Made by a program: the position numbers and the translations under genes | Notes under the pieces: generated by a model | Told to the model about the DNA's origin: nothing | What the model saw: only the letters and a program-made list of their open reading frames with translations | The model's database searches: none | Part shown: one piece after another, positions 10,239 through 19,611 of the stretch | Layout: the number at the start of each line of letters is the position of its first letter | Numbering within the stretch: position 1 is the stretch's first letter | NCBI GenBank assembly: GCA_963733095.1 | Contig: CAVTBV010000004.1 | Coordinates: 1 to 64,000, forward strand | From: Candidatus Bathyarchaeota archaeon | GTDB taxonomy: Archaea; Thermoproteota; Bathyarchaeia; Bathyarchaeales; Bathycorpusculaceae | Reading direction: 5' to 3' | DNA: 64,000 nt

Positions 10239-10610
10239 CTAAGGGGTTGTTTGCGCTCTAAGGATTGTTGATATGAAGCTCTTGATTTTTTCTTGGGAGT
10301 TGAGGATGGTTCCGATGGTTTTTGTGCCTTTTTCGGTGAGTTTGTAGACTCTCTTGCGTTCGATCCAGATTCCTTCAACTAAACCGTTTCGTTCCAGAGA
10401 ATACAGCAGGGAGTAGACGGTTCCTGAGCTTGCGAGGAATCCGAATTTGTTGTGTATGAATGATATGACGTCGTATCCGCTTATGGGGCCGTTTTGGAGT
10501 TCGGCCATTATTATTGTGTCCATGAAGCTTTTGATTACGCGTTCGCGCATTTTTTTGATTATTATTGCTTCGGATTTTTCTCCGTTTACTGTGATTGTTA
10601 ATGCTACCAT
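10239..10610 (-). CDS. PadR family transcriptional regulator
   Basis: SGYDVI, SSGTVYSLLYSLERNGLV, RVYKLTEKG. Confidence 0.9.
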   Translation of the reverse strand: MVALTITVNGEKSEAIIIKKMRERVIKSFMDTIIMAELQNGPISGYDVISFIHNKFGFLASSGTVYSLLYSLERNGLVEGIWIERKRVYKLTEKGTKTIGTILNSQEKIKSFISTILRAQTTP

Positions 10611-11028
10611 GTTGTTGTGCTCCTTATCCGTTGTTTATTCTTGTTTATATATATAAGATTTATTCAGATTTAGAATAAAAAGTTACAACAAGGCTGAAAA
10701 AGTATAAACAAAATGAACTCTTTTCTCGAACCTGAAAAGCTAACTTCAACAATAAAACTTCATAAATTGTCCCGAGTGCATTTTCATGTATAGTTACATA
10801 ACATACCCATAGATGCCTGATAGTTGACATAGAAGTGTTATCTTATCCCCCTTAATTTCAAGAAAAATTTCACTATTTATATACATAAACCTCTACAAAC
10901 CCACCACGTTTTAACGTTAAAATATCCATTTTTCTGCCCACTCGCCCGAATTTAATAGTTAGCGATATATGTACATGTTAACAAACGTTAATTCTCATTT
11001 TGCCCACCCAAGGTACGGTGCCCTAAAC

Positions 11029-13167
11029 GTGATTTCATGGAAATATACATTTAAACGATTAAATGAAGAATACGAAATAGCCAACAAAAAGAAGCAGGCC
11101 TTAGACAACCTCTTTGTTACAGGCAAAATCTCACAAGCCACTCGCGACTCATTCACAGGCGACATCACCGCAGCAATAGCAGAAATCGAAAAACAACGAC
11201 AAGAACTCGGCGAAAAGATGCAGGCAAAAACCCTCGAACTAGAAAGCCAATTGAAAACCTTAGAAACCCTTCTCGCTAACTACGAAATTCAACATGTAGT
11301 CGGAGAAATAGACGAGGAAAGCTATACAAGAGAAATAAGCCTCCTCTCAAACACTCTTGAAACAACAAGAAACGAACTGGGCGTAATAAAACAAGCAACC
11401 GATCAACTTTTTCCCAGCGCTCAACCAGTCCAAGCTCCGGAACCAGCTCCAATAATGGAAGCTCCAGCAGTTCAACCGACGGCGGTAGAAGCGGTCCCTT
11501 TAGAGGTCCCAGTGGAAGCTACACTTGTTGAGTCAGCTCCAATCATAGAAACTTGCCCCGTTGAAGCAGCGCCAATCGAAACTGCCCCCGCTGAAACTGC
11601 TCCAGTAGAAGAGGCAGCCCCAATTGAGTGTGCTCCAGCTGAAACTGCTCCAGTAGAAGAAGCAGCTCCAGTGGAGACGGCGGTCCCTTTAGAGGCCCCA
11701 GTGGAAGCTCAAGTTGAGCAAGCCACCATCGAAGCCCAAGTTGAAACCGCTCCAGTAATCGAGAATACACCAGTTGAGGCAGCTCCAGTTGTTGAGGCTC
11801 CTGCGGTTGAAATCCCAACCGAGGTGCCAACGATCGCAGAGCCAGCAGTTGAAGAGCCAGTTGCAGAAGCTCCAGTAATTGAATCGCCTGTTGAAGACGG
11901 TGTTGCAATAATCGAAGAAGCTCCAGCGGAAATGGTTGATGAGGCAGCTCCAGTTGAGCAACCAGCCATCGATATGGAAGAAGCCCCGGCAATCAGCATT
12001 GAAGCTCCAGCAGAGATTGCGCCAATGGAACAAGCTCCAATTGAAGCTCCGGTTGAAGAAGCCGTAGCAATCGTTGAAGAAGCTCCAGCCCAGATAGTGG
12101 AGGAAGCAGCCATAGTCGAGCAAGCTCCAGTGGAAGTCGCTCCAGCAATAGTTGAAGAAGCAGCTCCAGTAGTTGAATCACCTGTTGAAGAAACTGTAGC
12201 AATCATCGAAGAAGCTCCAGCTCAAATAGTGGAGGAAGCAGCCATAGTCGAGCAAGCTCTAATTGAAGAAGCCCCAATCGAGGCAGCCCCCATAGAAGAC
12301 ACACCAGTCGAAGTTGCTCCCACCATCGTTGAGGAAGCCCCGGCAGTTGAAGTTGTTGCCCAAGCAGAGCCAATTATTGAAGAAGCCGCTCCAGCAGAGA
12401 TTGCGCCAATGGAACAAGCTCCAATTGAAGCTCCGGTTGAAGAAGCCGTAGCAATCGTTGAAGAATCTCCAGCTCAAATGGTTGATGAGGTAGCTCCAGT
12501 TGAGCAACCAACCATTGAAGTCGCCCCAATTGAAGAAGCCCCAATCGTTGAGGCTCCAGCAGTTGAAACTCCAGCCGAAGAATCTCCAGCAATCGAAGTA
12601 TCAGTTGAAACAACTCCAATTATTGAAGTAGCCCCAGTGGAAGAAGCTCCGATAGTTGCCGCTGAACCAGAAGCAACTGAAATAATAAACGATGCAGTAA
12701 TCGCAGAGCCAGCAGTTGAAGAGCCAGTTGCAGAAGCTCCAGTAATTGAATCGCCTGTTGAAGACGGTGTTGCAATAATCGAAGAAGCTCCAGCGGAAAT
12801 GGTTGATGAGGCAGCTCCAGTTGAGCAACCAGCCATCGATATGGAAGAAGCCCCGGCAATCAGCATTGAAGCTCCAGCAGAAATAGTTGCCCCAACAGAG
12901 ACAGTTGCAGAATCAGCCCAAGAACAGCCTGTAGTTGAAGCGCCACTCCAATCCTTTGAGGTAACAGAGCAAGATCCAGTTGAAACTACCCTTGAAAAAG
13001 TTCTAGAAGAGCCAGCAATTGAACCTGTTTCCATGGTGGAGGAGGCCCACATTCCGGCCCACCCTTTAGAAGCGCCTCAGCAGGCGCATTCAGAGTTGAC
13101 AACGGAAGCAGACAGCGACCAAACCCACCAAGCAGACGAAAACGACGAAAACACCACAACTGAATAA
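11029..13167 (+). CDS. CdvA-like coiled-coil protein with a long Glu/Pro/Ala/Val-rich acidic tail
   Basis: N-terminal ~125 aa helical domain (KKQALDNL..GKISQ.T, EIQHVVGEIDEESY) resembles CdvA-like proteins. Likely GTG start at 11029; the ORF track starts at 10969. Confidence 0.7.
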   Translation: MISWKYTFKRLNEEYEIANKKKQALDNLFVTGKISQATRDSFTGDITAAIAEIEKQRQELGEKMQAKTLELESQLKTLETLLANYEIQHVVGEIDEESYTREISLLSNTLETTRNELGVIKQATDQLFPSAQPVQAPEPAPIMEAPAVQPTAVEAVPLEVPVEATLVESAPIIETCPVEAAPIETAPAETAPVEEAAPIECAPAETAPVEEAAPVETAVPLEAPVEAQVEQATIEAQVETAPVIENTPVEAAPVVEAPAVEIPTEVPTIAEPAVEEPVAEAPVIESPVEDGVAIIEEAPAEMVDEAAPVEQPAIDMEEAPAISIEAPAEIAPMEQAPIEAPVEEAVAIVEEAPAQIVEEAAIVEQAPVEVAPAIVEEAAPVVESPVEETVAIIEEAPAQIVEEAAIVEQALIEEAPIEAAPIEDTPVEVAPTIVEEAPAVEVVAQAEPIIEEAAPAEIAPMEQAPIEAPVEEAVAIVEESPAQMVDEVAPVEQPTIEVAPIEEAPIVEAPAVETPAEESPAIEVSVETTPIIEVAPVEEAPIVAAEPEATEIINDAVIAEPAVEEPVAEAPVIESPVEDGVAIIEEAPAEMVDEAAPVEQPAIDMEEAPAISIEAPAEIVAPTETVAESAQEQPVVEAPLQSFEVTEQDPVETTLEKVLEEPAIEPVSMVEEAHIPAHPLEAPQQAHSELTTEADSDQTHQADENDENTTTE
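11833..12881 (+). repeat. Exact internal duplications: 182 bp (11833-12014 = 12700-12881) and 78 bp (12004-12081 = 12388-12465)
   Basis: Direct comparison of the sequences; both offsets are in frame. Confidence 0.9.
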
Positions 13168-13179
13168 AATAAACAGTAT

Positions 13180-13210
13180 TCTTCTTCTTTTATTTTTTGT
13201 TTGTTTTAGC
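13180..13210 (+). terminator. Oligo-T/pyrimidine-rich archaeal terminator
   Basis: ttcttcttcttttattttttgtttgtttt just after the stop codon. Confidence 0.55.
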
Positions 13211-13365
13211 TCTTCCATTATTTTCGTTTTCTTGTTCGCAAATTTATTGTTTTTTAACATGTTAATGGGTGTTTTTTCGCAATATGGACCTCCACCACTA
13301 TAGTTTGTGCACTACATTTCTATTGGGATCCACATATGTTCCTACATACCTCAAAAGCAAGAAAA

Positions 13366-14103
13366 TTATTTTTCAAGCAGTGCCTGGAGGAGTTTTATGG
13401 CTGACCAGGCTGCAAGGGCACTGGTATGTGGGTTGTCTGGGTGAGGGTCGTTGGCAAACCGTAGCGTCATTTCGCCGAAGCGCCATTTTACTTGGATTTC
13501 GTGAGTGTTGCGTTTGACAGATGGGTCAGAAACAACTTGTACCTTTACCTTTACAGGTTTAACAGTTAGCGCCAATGTTGCGGCAACGTTCATTTCGCGT
13601 GGGAACAGTTTCGCCGCTTCTTCTGCCATGCCCTCGTAGATGATGGCTTCCTCGGTGTTGGTTTTGCCCAGCGCTTTTGGATTTTTGCGCGAAATCAACA
13701 TGACCTCGTCGATGCCTGCGTTGGCTGCTGCGGAGAGGGCGTCAAGTCCGCCGATGGCTCCTGCGGGAAAATGTACTTTGGAAGTGTCAGTGTTTAAACC
13801 CAACAAGGCGCCTGTGCTCATGAAGATTAGTTCAGCTTTTGAAGCCAGAAGCTTCTCGTAGTATTCCCGAACTGCTTGTTGACCCGCGGCTTCAACAACC
13901 ACCTTCGGCTTGGATGCAAGCAATTCGTCAACGTTGACTGCTATTCTAACGGGAAACTTAAGAGCTGCCTTAAGCTTCTGAGCTTTGGATGCATCAACAT
14001 CAAAAATGACGAGTTCATCGCAAACCACCAACTTGCGCTCAATCGATTCAGCAAGAACAGTTCCGATGGCGCCGCAGCCAATCAACCCAACTATTTTCGC
14101 CAT
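13366..14103 (-). CDS. nadX: L-aspartate dehydrogenase
   Basis: GCGAIG, VVEAA, GAIGGLD, NVAA, NTHEI, NPHTSALAA. Confidence 0.88.
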   Translation of the reverse strand: MAKIVGLIGCGAIGTVLAESIERKLVVCDELVIFDVDASKAQKLKAALKFPVRIAVNVDELLASKPKVVVEAAGQQAVREYYEKLLASKAELIFMSTGALLGLNTDTSKVHFPAGAIGGLDALSAAANAGIDEVMLISRKNPKALGKTNTEEAIIYEGMAEEAAKLFPREMNVAATLALTVKPVKVKVQVVSDPSVKRNTHEIQVKWRFGEMTLRFANDPHPDNPHTSALAAWSAIKLLQALLEK

Positions 14104-14112
14104 AAAATATCC

Positions 14113-16572
14113 CTAGTATTCAGGTTTTATGTAGACTTCATATTGCGCGACTTGTCTGCCCTCAGCCTTTTCGGCAACTACTTTGACGTTTTCGATTTTC
14201 AGGGTAGCAGCTATGTCTATGCATCCCTGCTTAACTGCTTCGGCGGTGGAAGCGTTTCCTGCGTAAATGATTAGGTTTTTGATTGGTGCGTTGAGGGGCA
14301 GTTTATTCTCAGCCTTGTCGCGTCGGACTTCGCTCATTATGGCAGTGATTAAGTCGCCATCTTTTTCAGCTGCTTCGTCGATGAGGTCTGGGTTAGTTTT
14401 TGGCCAGGGGGAAACTTGCAGGCTCTTGAAGCCCTTGCCTTCCAAGTACGTGTACTGGTAAATCTCTTCGGTTAAATGTGGGGTTACGGGTGCGAGGAGT
14501 TGGAGCATGCGGTATAGTACTTCGTAGAGTGTGTATTGGGCTGCCGCTCGGTTAGCTGCACCGTAAACGTCTGACTTGTAGAGTCTGTCTTTGACGGCTT
14601 CCACGTAGAAGTCGCAGAAGATGTGCCAGGTGAAGTTGCGTATGTCTTCGACGGCTATGTTGAATTGGCATTTTTCTAAGGCTTCAGTGACTTTTTGGGT
14701 TAATTTTTCAGCTTTGCTTAGAATCCACTTGTCGAGCAGTTCAAGTTTCATGTTGGCGCCGTCTTGGGGTTTGTAGTCGGCTAAGAGGTTGCTTGCGAAC
14801 CCTGAAACGTTCCAGAGTTTAACTAGGAAGCGTCTGCCATATTCGACATCTTGGGCGCGGAAAGGTATGTCAGAACCTGTAGCTCCACCACCAGCAGCCC
14901 ATTGCCTAGTTGCGTCTGCGCCGCTTTTGTTGAGTACTTCGGGTGCCGCCGCGTAGTTTTTGAGGGATTTACTCATTTTTCTGCCGTCAGCGCCCAGAAC
15001 CATGCCGTTTATGAGGACGCTGTTGAAGGGGCGCTGGTCAAACAATGCGAGGTGGCGTACCATAAGATAGTATGCCCATGTTCGGATGATATCTGTGCCT
15101 GAGGGGTGCATGCTTGCTGGGAACAGGTGCTTCCAGTCTGCGCGGTCGGGCCAGCCCGCGTGGACTGCACAGGTGATTGAGGAATCCATCCAAGTATCCA
15201 ACACATCAGTTTCGCCCACGAATTCGACTCCACCGCATTTGGGGCACGCCTCGATTCTGGGCTTCTCCATCCTCGGGTCGATTGGCACCCAGCCCTCGTC
15301 CGCGACGATGACTTCGCCACATTTCTTGCAGTACCAAACCGGAATCGGCGTTGCAAACAGTCTTTGTCGGCTGACTACCCAATCCCAATCCAGGGCGCGG
15401 GTCCAGTCGATGAGGCGGTTTTTCATGTAGTCGGGGTACCAGGTGATTTCGTTAGCATTCTTCTCCACGGCTTCAGAGAGAAGCATGGTTTTCATAAACC
15501 ATTGTTTAACCTCGAGGATTTCGACTTGAGCTTTGCAGCGATCACAAACTCCGACTTCATGCTGGACCTTCTCCGATTTTTCCAGCAATCCAGCGGCTGC
15601 TAAGTCTGCAACGATGGCTGCGCGTGCTTGGTTAACGTATAACCCTGCGTATTTGCAGCCTGCCTCGCTGATTTGCCCATTTTCCTTTAAAAGTCGAATG
15701 ACTGGGAGTTTATGTTTTATGACGGTCTTCACGTCTTCTTTGTCGCCGTACGTGCAAATCTGAACAACGCCCGTACCAAAGCAAGGGTCAACTGATTCCT
15801 CAGCAATGATCGTCACTTCACGATTCATCAGCGGCACAGAGATTTTTCTACCAATGTACTTGTTGTAGCGTTCATCTTTGGGATTAACTTCCACAGCGAC
15901 ACAGGCAGGTATAAATTCGGGACGTGAAGTCGCGATTAGCAGGTATTCGCTGCTTCCTTCAAGGTTAAAACGAATATAATGAAGAACACCCTCTTTCTTC
16001 ACATGGTCAACTTCAGCATCGGCGATAGCTGTTTCGTCTCTGGGACACCAGTTCACCGGATGCGTGCCCCGATACATGTAACCTTTCTTGTGCAGCAAAA
16101 CAAAGCTCAGTTGTGTACGGCGCCAATAGTCTGGGTTCATCGTTTTGTATTCGGTGGTCCAATCGATGCTGGCTCCCATCTTAAGGATGCCCTCTTTCAT
16201 CATGGCAATGTATTTCTCGACGAGCTCGATGCACCATGAACGGAACTGGTCGGCTGGGACATCACGTTTGCGGATGTTTTTGGCTTTTTCAACTTGAATT
16301 TCTATTCCCAAGCCATGACAATCCCAGCCCTGCGGAAACAGCACGTTATAACCTTGCATGCGTTTGAAGCGAGCAACCATATCAAAATAGGTCCAGTTTA
16401 AAACATTGCCCATGTGCAACTCGCCCGAAGGGTAAGGAGGTGGCGTGTCGATGCTGAATGGAATGCGCTCATTGTCGTCCCAGTCGTAGTGGTAGATGCC
16501 CATCTCTTCCCATTTCTGCTGCCACTTACTTTCTATCTCGGCGAAATTGTATTCTTTAGGCATAGGCTGCAT
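14113..16572 (-). CDS. valS: Valyl-tRNA synthetase
   Basis: DTPPPYPSGELHMGN, GWDCHG, DWVVSRQR, KMSKS; start likely 16572 or 16563. Confidence 0.96.
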   Translation of the reverse strand: MQPMPKEYNFAEIESKWQQKWEEMGIYHYDWDDNERIPFSIDTPPPYPSGELHMGNVLNWTYFDMVARFKRMQGYNVLFPQGWDCHGLGIEIQVEKAKNIRKRDVPADQFRSWCIELVEKYIAMMKEGILKMGASIDWTTEYKTMNPDYWRRTQLSFVLLHKKGYMYRGTHPVNWCPRDETAIADAEVDHVKKEGVLHYIRFNLEGSSEYLLIATSRPEFIPACVAVEVNPKDERYNKYIGRKISVPLMNREVTIIAEESVDPCFGTGVVQICTYGDKEDVKTVIKHKLPVIRLLKENGQISEAGCKYAGLYVNQARAAIVADLAAAGLLEKSEKVQHEVGVCDRCKAQVEILEVKQWFMKTMLLSEAVEKNANEITWYPDYMKNRLIDWTRALDWDWVVSRQRLFATPIPVWYCKKCGEVIVADEGWVPIDPRMEKPRIEACPKCGGVEFVGETDVLDTWMDSSITCAVHAGWPDRADWKHLFPASMHPSGTDIIRTWAYYLMVRHLALFDQRPFNSVLINGMVLGADGRKMSKSLKNYAAAPEVLNKSGADATRQWAAGGGATGSDIPFRAQDVEYGRRFLVKLWNVSGFASNLLADYKPQDGANMKLELLDKWILSKAEKLTQKVTEALEKCQFNIAVEDIRNFTWHIFCDFYVEAVKDRLYKSDVYGAANRAAAQYTLYEVLYRMLQLLAPVTPHLTEEIYQYTYLEGKGFKSLQVSPWPKTNPDLIDEAAEKDGDLITAIMSEVRRDKAENKLPLNAPIKNLIIYAGNASTAEAVKQGCIDIAATLKIENVKVVAEKAEGRQVAQYEVYIKPEY

Positions 16573-16695
16573 GCAAATCATTATCCTGAAGTTAATGTTT
16601 GACTTTAGCAAAACTATAGAAGAACCTAAAAACGTTACCCTATATCGAGATTTAACTGAGTTACAAGTGATTCTTTTTTTCGCCTGAACTCAACG

Positions 16696-17520
16696 TTACT
16701 TTAGCTTTTTTAGGAGTGCATTTAGCGCTTCTTCATAAGTTATCGAAATTTCACCCATTAACCCCAAATCTTTGAGTTTGGTGAAAAGTCTAGCTATCGA
16801 CGGCAATTCAAGTCCCGCGGATTCAAGCAACGCCACATCCTGCAAAACAGCGTGCATTTCTCCCCCGCCCAACAATGACCCACGACTAACAACTATTACT
16901 CGATCCGCAAGCTCCGGCAAAGCCTCCACATCATGCGTTGATACAATAATTGTCGTGCCTGCACGGTTCAATTCATTGAGTGTTTCAATCAAGCCCCGCC
17001 TAGAAACGAGGTCCAAGTTTGCCGTGGGCTCATCCAAAATTAGTAGCTCTGGTTTTAGTACTAACGCTGTGGCTAGGGAAACTTTCTTTTTTTCTCCAAA
17101 ACTGAGGCGGTGCGGCGGGCGATTCTTCAAATGCTCAATGCCCATTTTGTCGAGAACATGTGCACTTCTCTTTTTGATGTCTTCCTCTTGTAACTTGAGA
17201 TTTTTAGGTCCATATTCGATGTCTTCTATTACGCTGGGCGTGAACAGTTGGTCGTCTGGATCTTGAAATACCAAACCTATGCGCGACCTGAGTTTCTGAA
17301 AGTCTTTCGAAGTTGTTTGTTCCCCGAACACTTGGATATCGCCTTTACTCGGCATTAACAAGCCCGCTATGAGTAGGATAAGGGTTGATTTTCCTGAACC
17401 GTTTGGACCCAAAATGGCAACACGTTCACCCTGTTTAATATCTAATGATACACCTTTTAATGCGCTGACGCCTGCTGGGTAACTAAATTTGACATCTTTC
17501 ACCGAAACAATGGGCTGCAT
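16696..17520 (-). CDS. ECF Ni/Co transporter ATPase (NikO/CbiO)
   Basis: GPNGSGKST, FQDPDDQLF, LSFGEKKK, LDEPT. Confidence 0.9.
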   Translation of the reverse strand: MQPIVSVKDVKFSYPAGVSALKGVSLDIKQGERVAILGPNGSGKSTLILLIAGLLMPSKGDIQVFGEQTTSKDFQKLRSRIGLVFQDPDDQLFTPSVIEDIEYGPKNLKLQEEDIKKRSAHVLDKMGIEHLKNRPPHRLSFGEKKKVSLATALVLKPELLILDEPTANLDLVSRRGLIETLNELNRAGTTIIVSTHDVEALPELADRVIVVSRGSLLGGGEMHAVLQDVALLESAGLELPSIARLFTKLKDLGLMGEISITYEEALNALLKKLK

Positions 17521-17529
17521 ATGTCCCCT

Positions 17530-18342
17530 CTACAGTATGGCAAATAGAACGAACGCAACTATTATTGATGACGCAAAAAATATGTCCCTCAACTTGAGCG
17601 AAGGCATGACAAGTTTGCTACTGCTGTCGATTTCGAAGCCTCGAGCTTTCATCGCCAAATAAACCCTCTCTGAACGCTCGTAGGTACGAATGAACAGCGT
17701 TGCTAGAATGTTTCCTAGGTCACGGAGCGATTGCATGTTTAGGGTGCGTTTTTGCACGTAGGTTCGGGCTTCTTTAGCCATCAAGACGCTTTGGGCTTCA
17801 TGGACAGACACAAAGAAGTATCTATACGTTAACGCAAACAGTTGGACGACTACACCAGGCACTTTTATGGAAGCGAGAAGTTTGAGCATCCTATCAAACC
17901 CAGTCGAGAGAATGAGCAGTGTAAGGGATGCAACGCAGAACCAGACTCTCACGGTGAAAACCAGAAACCGTGTCACACCTTCCATGGTTACCGTTAGGTT
18001 TGCTAAGCCAATATTAGCGGTCCAAATTGGGCTGCCCGAAGTCAAGAACAGGATGGGTATTGAGATCACCGCCGCAAAGACTGGGATTAACGCTGTTCGT
18101 GAAAAGAAGTGCCTGAGCGGAATCTTTGAGGCTACCGCCAAGATGATTGGGATAACGCAGACCAAAACCAAGTATGAAAGGTTCAAGATGAAGAGTGAAG
18201 CCACAATCATCGAGATTATTGCGACCAGTTTTGCCAGGGGATTTATGGTTTGCAGAAACCCCTTTTTGCTGCTTAAATCTTCAATGTAAACCAGCGATTC
18301 TGCACCTTCAACTAAGTCTCTTAGCGATTGAGGTACTCTCAT
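17530..18342 (-). CDS. ECF Ni/Co transporter T component (NikQ/CbiQ)
   Basis: INPLAKL, TYRY, EAR and ERSERVYLAMKARG motifs. Confidence 0.9.
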   Translation of the reverse strand: MRVPQSLRDLVEGAESLVYIEDLSSKKGFLQTINPLAKLVAIISMIVASLFILNLSYLVLVCVIPIILAVASKIPLRHFFSRTALIPVFAAVISIPILFLTSGSPIWTANIGLANLTVTMEGVTRFLVFTVRVWFCVASLTLLILSTGFDRMLKLLASIKVPGVVVQLFALTYRYFFVSVHEAQSVLMAKEARTYVQKRTLNMQSLRDLGNILATLFIRTYERSERVYLAMKARGFEIDSSSKLVMPSLKLRDIFFASSIIVAFVLFAIL

Positions 18343-18641
18343 TTTCTCAACTCCTTCTTTTTCAGCAGTTTAGCAACTACAAAGCTAACAATGAACAGTA
18401 AGAGGGTGCTGGCAACGCCGACAATAAGCGCGCCCCAAACATTATCTAAACCAGGAATGCTGTAGTCGGCAAGGGGGGCTTTGTAGACGGGTTTTTCTTC
18501 CATCCCAAGCTGCTCCGCCTGTTTATCCAGCGTCTCCATAGAATACGAAAACACAAAAACACCAACTAAAACAAAAATCAAAGCAACCGTCAACCCAACT
18601 ATGAGAGTTTTTTGGTTTAGACGTTTAAAATTCTTCGTCAC
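18339..18641 (-). CDS. NikN-like (PDGLE-type) 2-TM component
   Basis: Two TMs flanking APLADYSIPG; located within the MNQO operon. Confidence 0.75.
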   Translation of the reverse strand: MTKNFKRLNQKTLIVGLTVALIFVLVGVFVFSYSMETLDKQAEQLGMEEKPVYKAPLADYSIPGLDNVWGALIVGVASTLLLFIVSFVVAKLLKKKELRK

Positions 18642-18644
18642 TTT

Positions 18645-19340
18645 TTATTCCTCCTCCTTAGACTCGATTTTGTTTTTGAACATGGGCAGTTTGCCAAGTA
18701 TGAGGCTTTTCTGCAAGACATCTGGACGCAACTTCAGCAGTGTCCCGATGAGAATTACGGTTACTATGCCCTCTGCAACACCGATTATTGAGTGGTTTAT
18801 TGCCATAGCTGGGACAGCTACGCTTAAACCATACTGGAAGGTTGGGGCGGATAAGCCAAGTTCGGTGCCTGCGGCTATGGCTGCGAGCACGTCGCCGACG
18901 AAGGCTGAAATGAAGATGGTCGCGTACAAGCTTGTGGTTGTTTTTATTTTGAAAACTTTGTTGGATGCGAGGAATATTGCACAGGGGATGAATACGCCGA
19001 TTATGCCCATGTTCAAGACGTTGGCGCCTAGTGTGGTGAGTCCGCCGTCGCCGAATAGGAATGCTTGCAGGACTATGATTATGGTTACGGATATGCATCC
19101 TGCGAAGGGTCCTAGGATTAGTCCGATTGATGCTCCTCCTAAGAGGTGGGCGGTTGTTCCGCCGATTATGGGGTAGTTCATCATCATGGCTGCAAAGAAT
19201 AGGGCGGTTAGGAGTCCCATTATGGGGACTTGTTGGTCGGTTAGTTTTATTTTTTTGATGGAGATGGTCCAGAAGAGGATTGTTATTATGAATGCGGGTA
19301 TGATGACGTTTAATGTTAGGAATCCGTCGGGTATGTGCAT
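18645..19340 (-). CDS. ECF Ni/Co S component (NikM/CbiM)
   Basis: MHIPDG N-terminus, GTTAHLLG, QAFLFGDGG..TLGAN. Confidence 0.92.
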   Translation of the reverse strand: MHIPDGFLTLNVIIPAFIITILFWTISIKKIKLTDQQVPIMGLLTALFFAAMMMNYPIIGGTTAHLLGGASIGLILGPFAGCISVTIIIVLQAFLFGDGGLTTLGANVLNMGIIGVFIPCAIFLASNKVFKIKTTTSLYATIFISAFVGDVLAAIAAGTELGLSAPTFQYGLSVAVPAMAINHSIIGVAEGIVTVILIGTLLKLRPDVLQKSLILGKLPMFKNKIESKEEE

Positions 19341-19362
19341 TCTTTTTTCTCCTGGCTATGTG

Positions 19363-19428
19363 GTAACACGATTTTAAAAAAAGGTGTTACTTAAATATAA
19401 GTATTACTTAATTTAAAAAAGGTAACAC
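19363..19428. promoter_or_regulatory. Two tandem 28-bp NikR-like operators flanking a TATA-like element
   Basis: GTAACAC-N14-GTGTTAC (19363-19390, perfect) and GTATTAC-N14-GTAACAC (19401-19428, one mismatch), either side of ttaaatataa. Confidence 0.75.
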
Positions 19429-19611
19429 CATGCAAGTGAATAATAAACCAAAACAGCCCAAACCGCAACCTGAAAACAAAATGCAACTTACAGTTCAAGC
19501 GTCAATTTGTTGTTGTGCCTTAGCAACAAATCAAAAAACTCCAAATGGTAACTGAGAGTTAAGTCTGAAAATTCTTTATAATATCCACCTACATTATAAA
19601 TATCGATAACG

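Noticed and set aside
11543-13052. Many antisense ORFs and periodic repeats suggesting a CRISPR array
   Set aside because: These are by-products of the low-complexity coding repeat; there is no constant repeat with unique spacers and no cas genes.
13265-13355. Possible long hairpin or MITE between convergent genes
   Set aside because: Pairing is patchy, with no clean terminal inverted repeats or target duplication.
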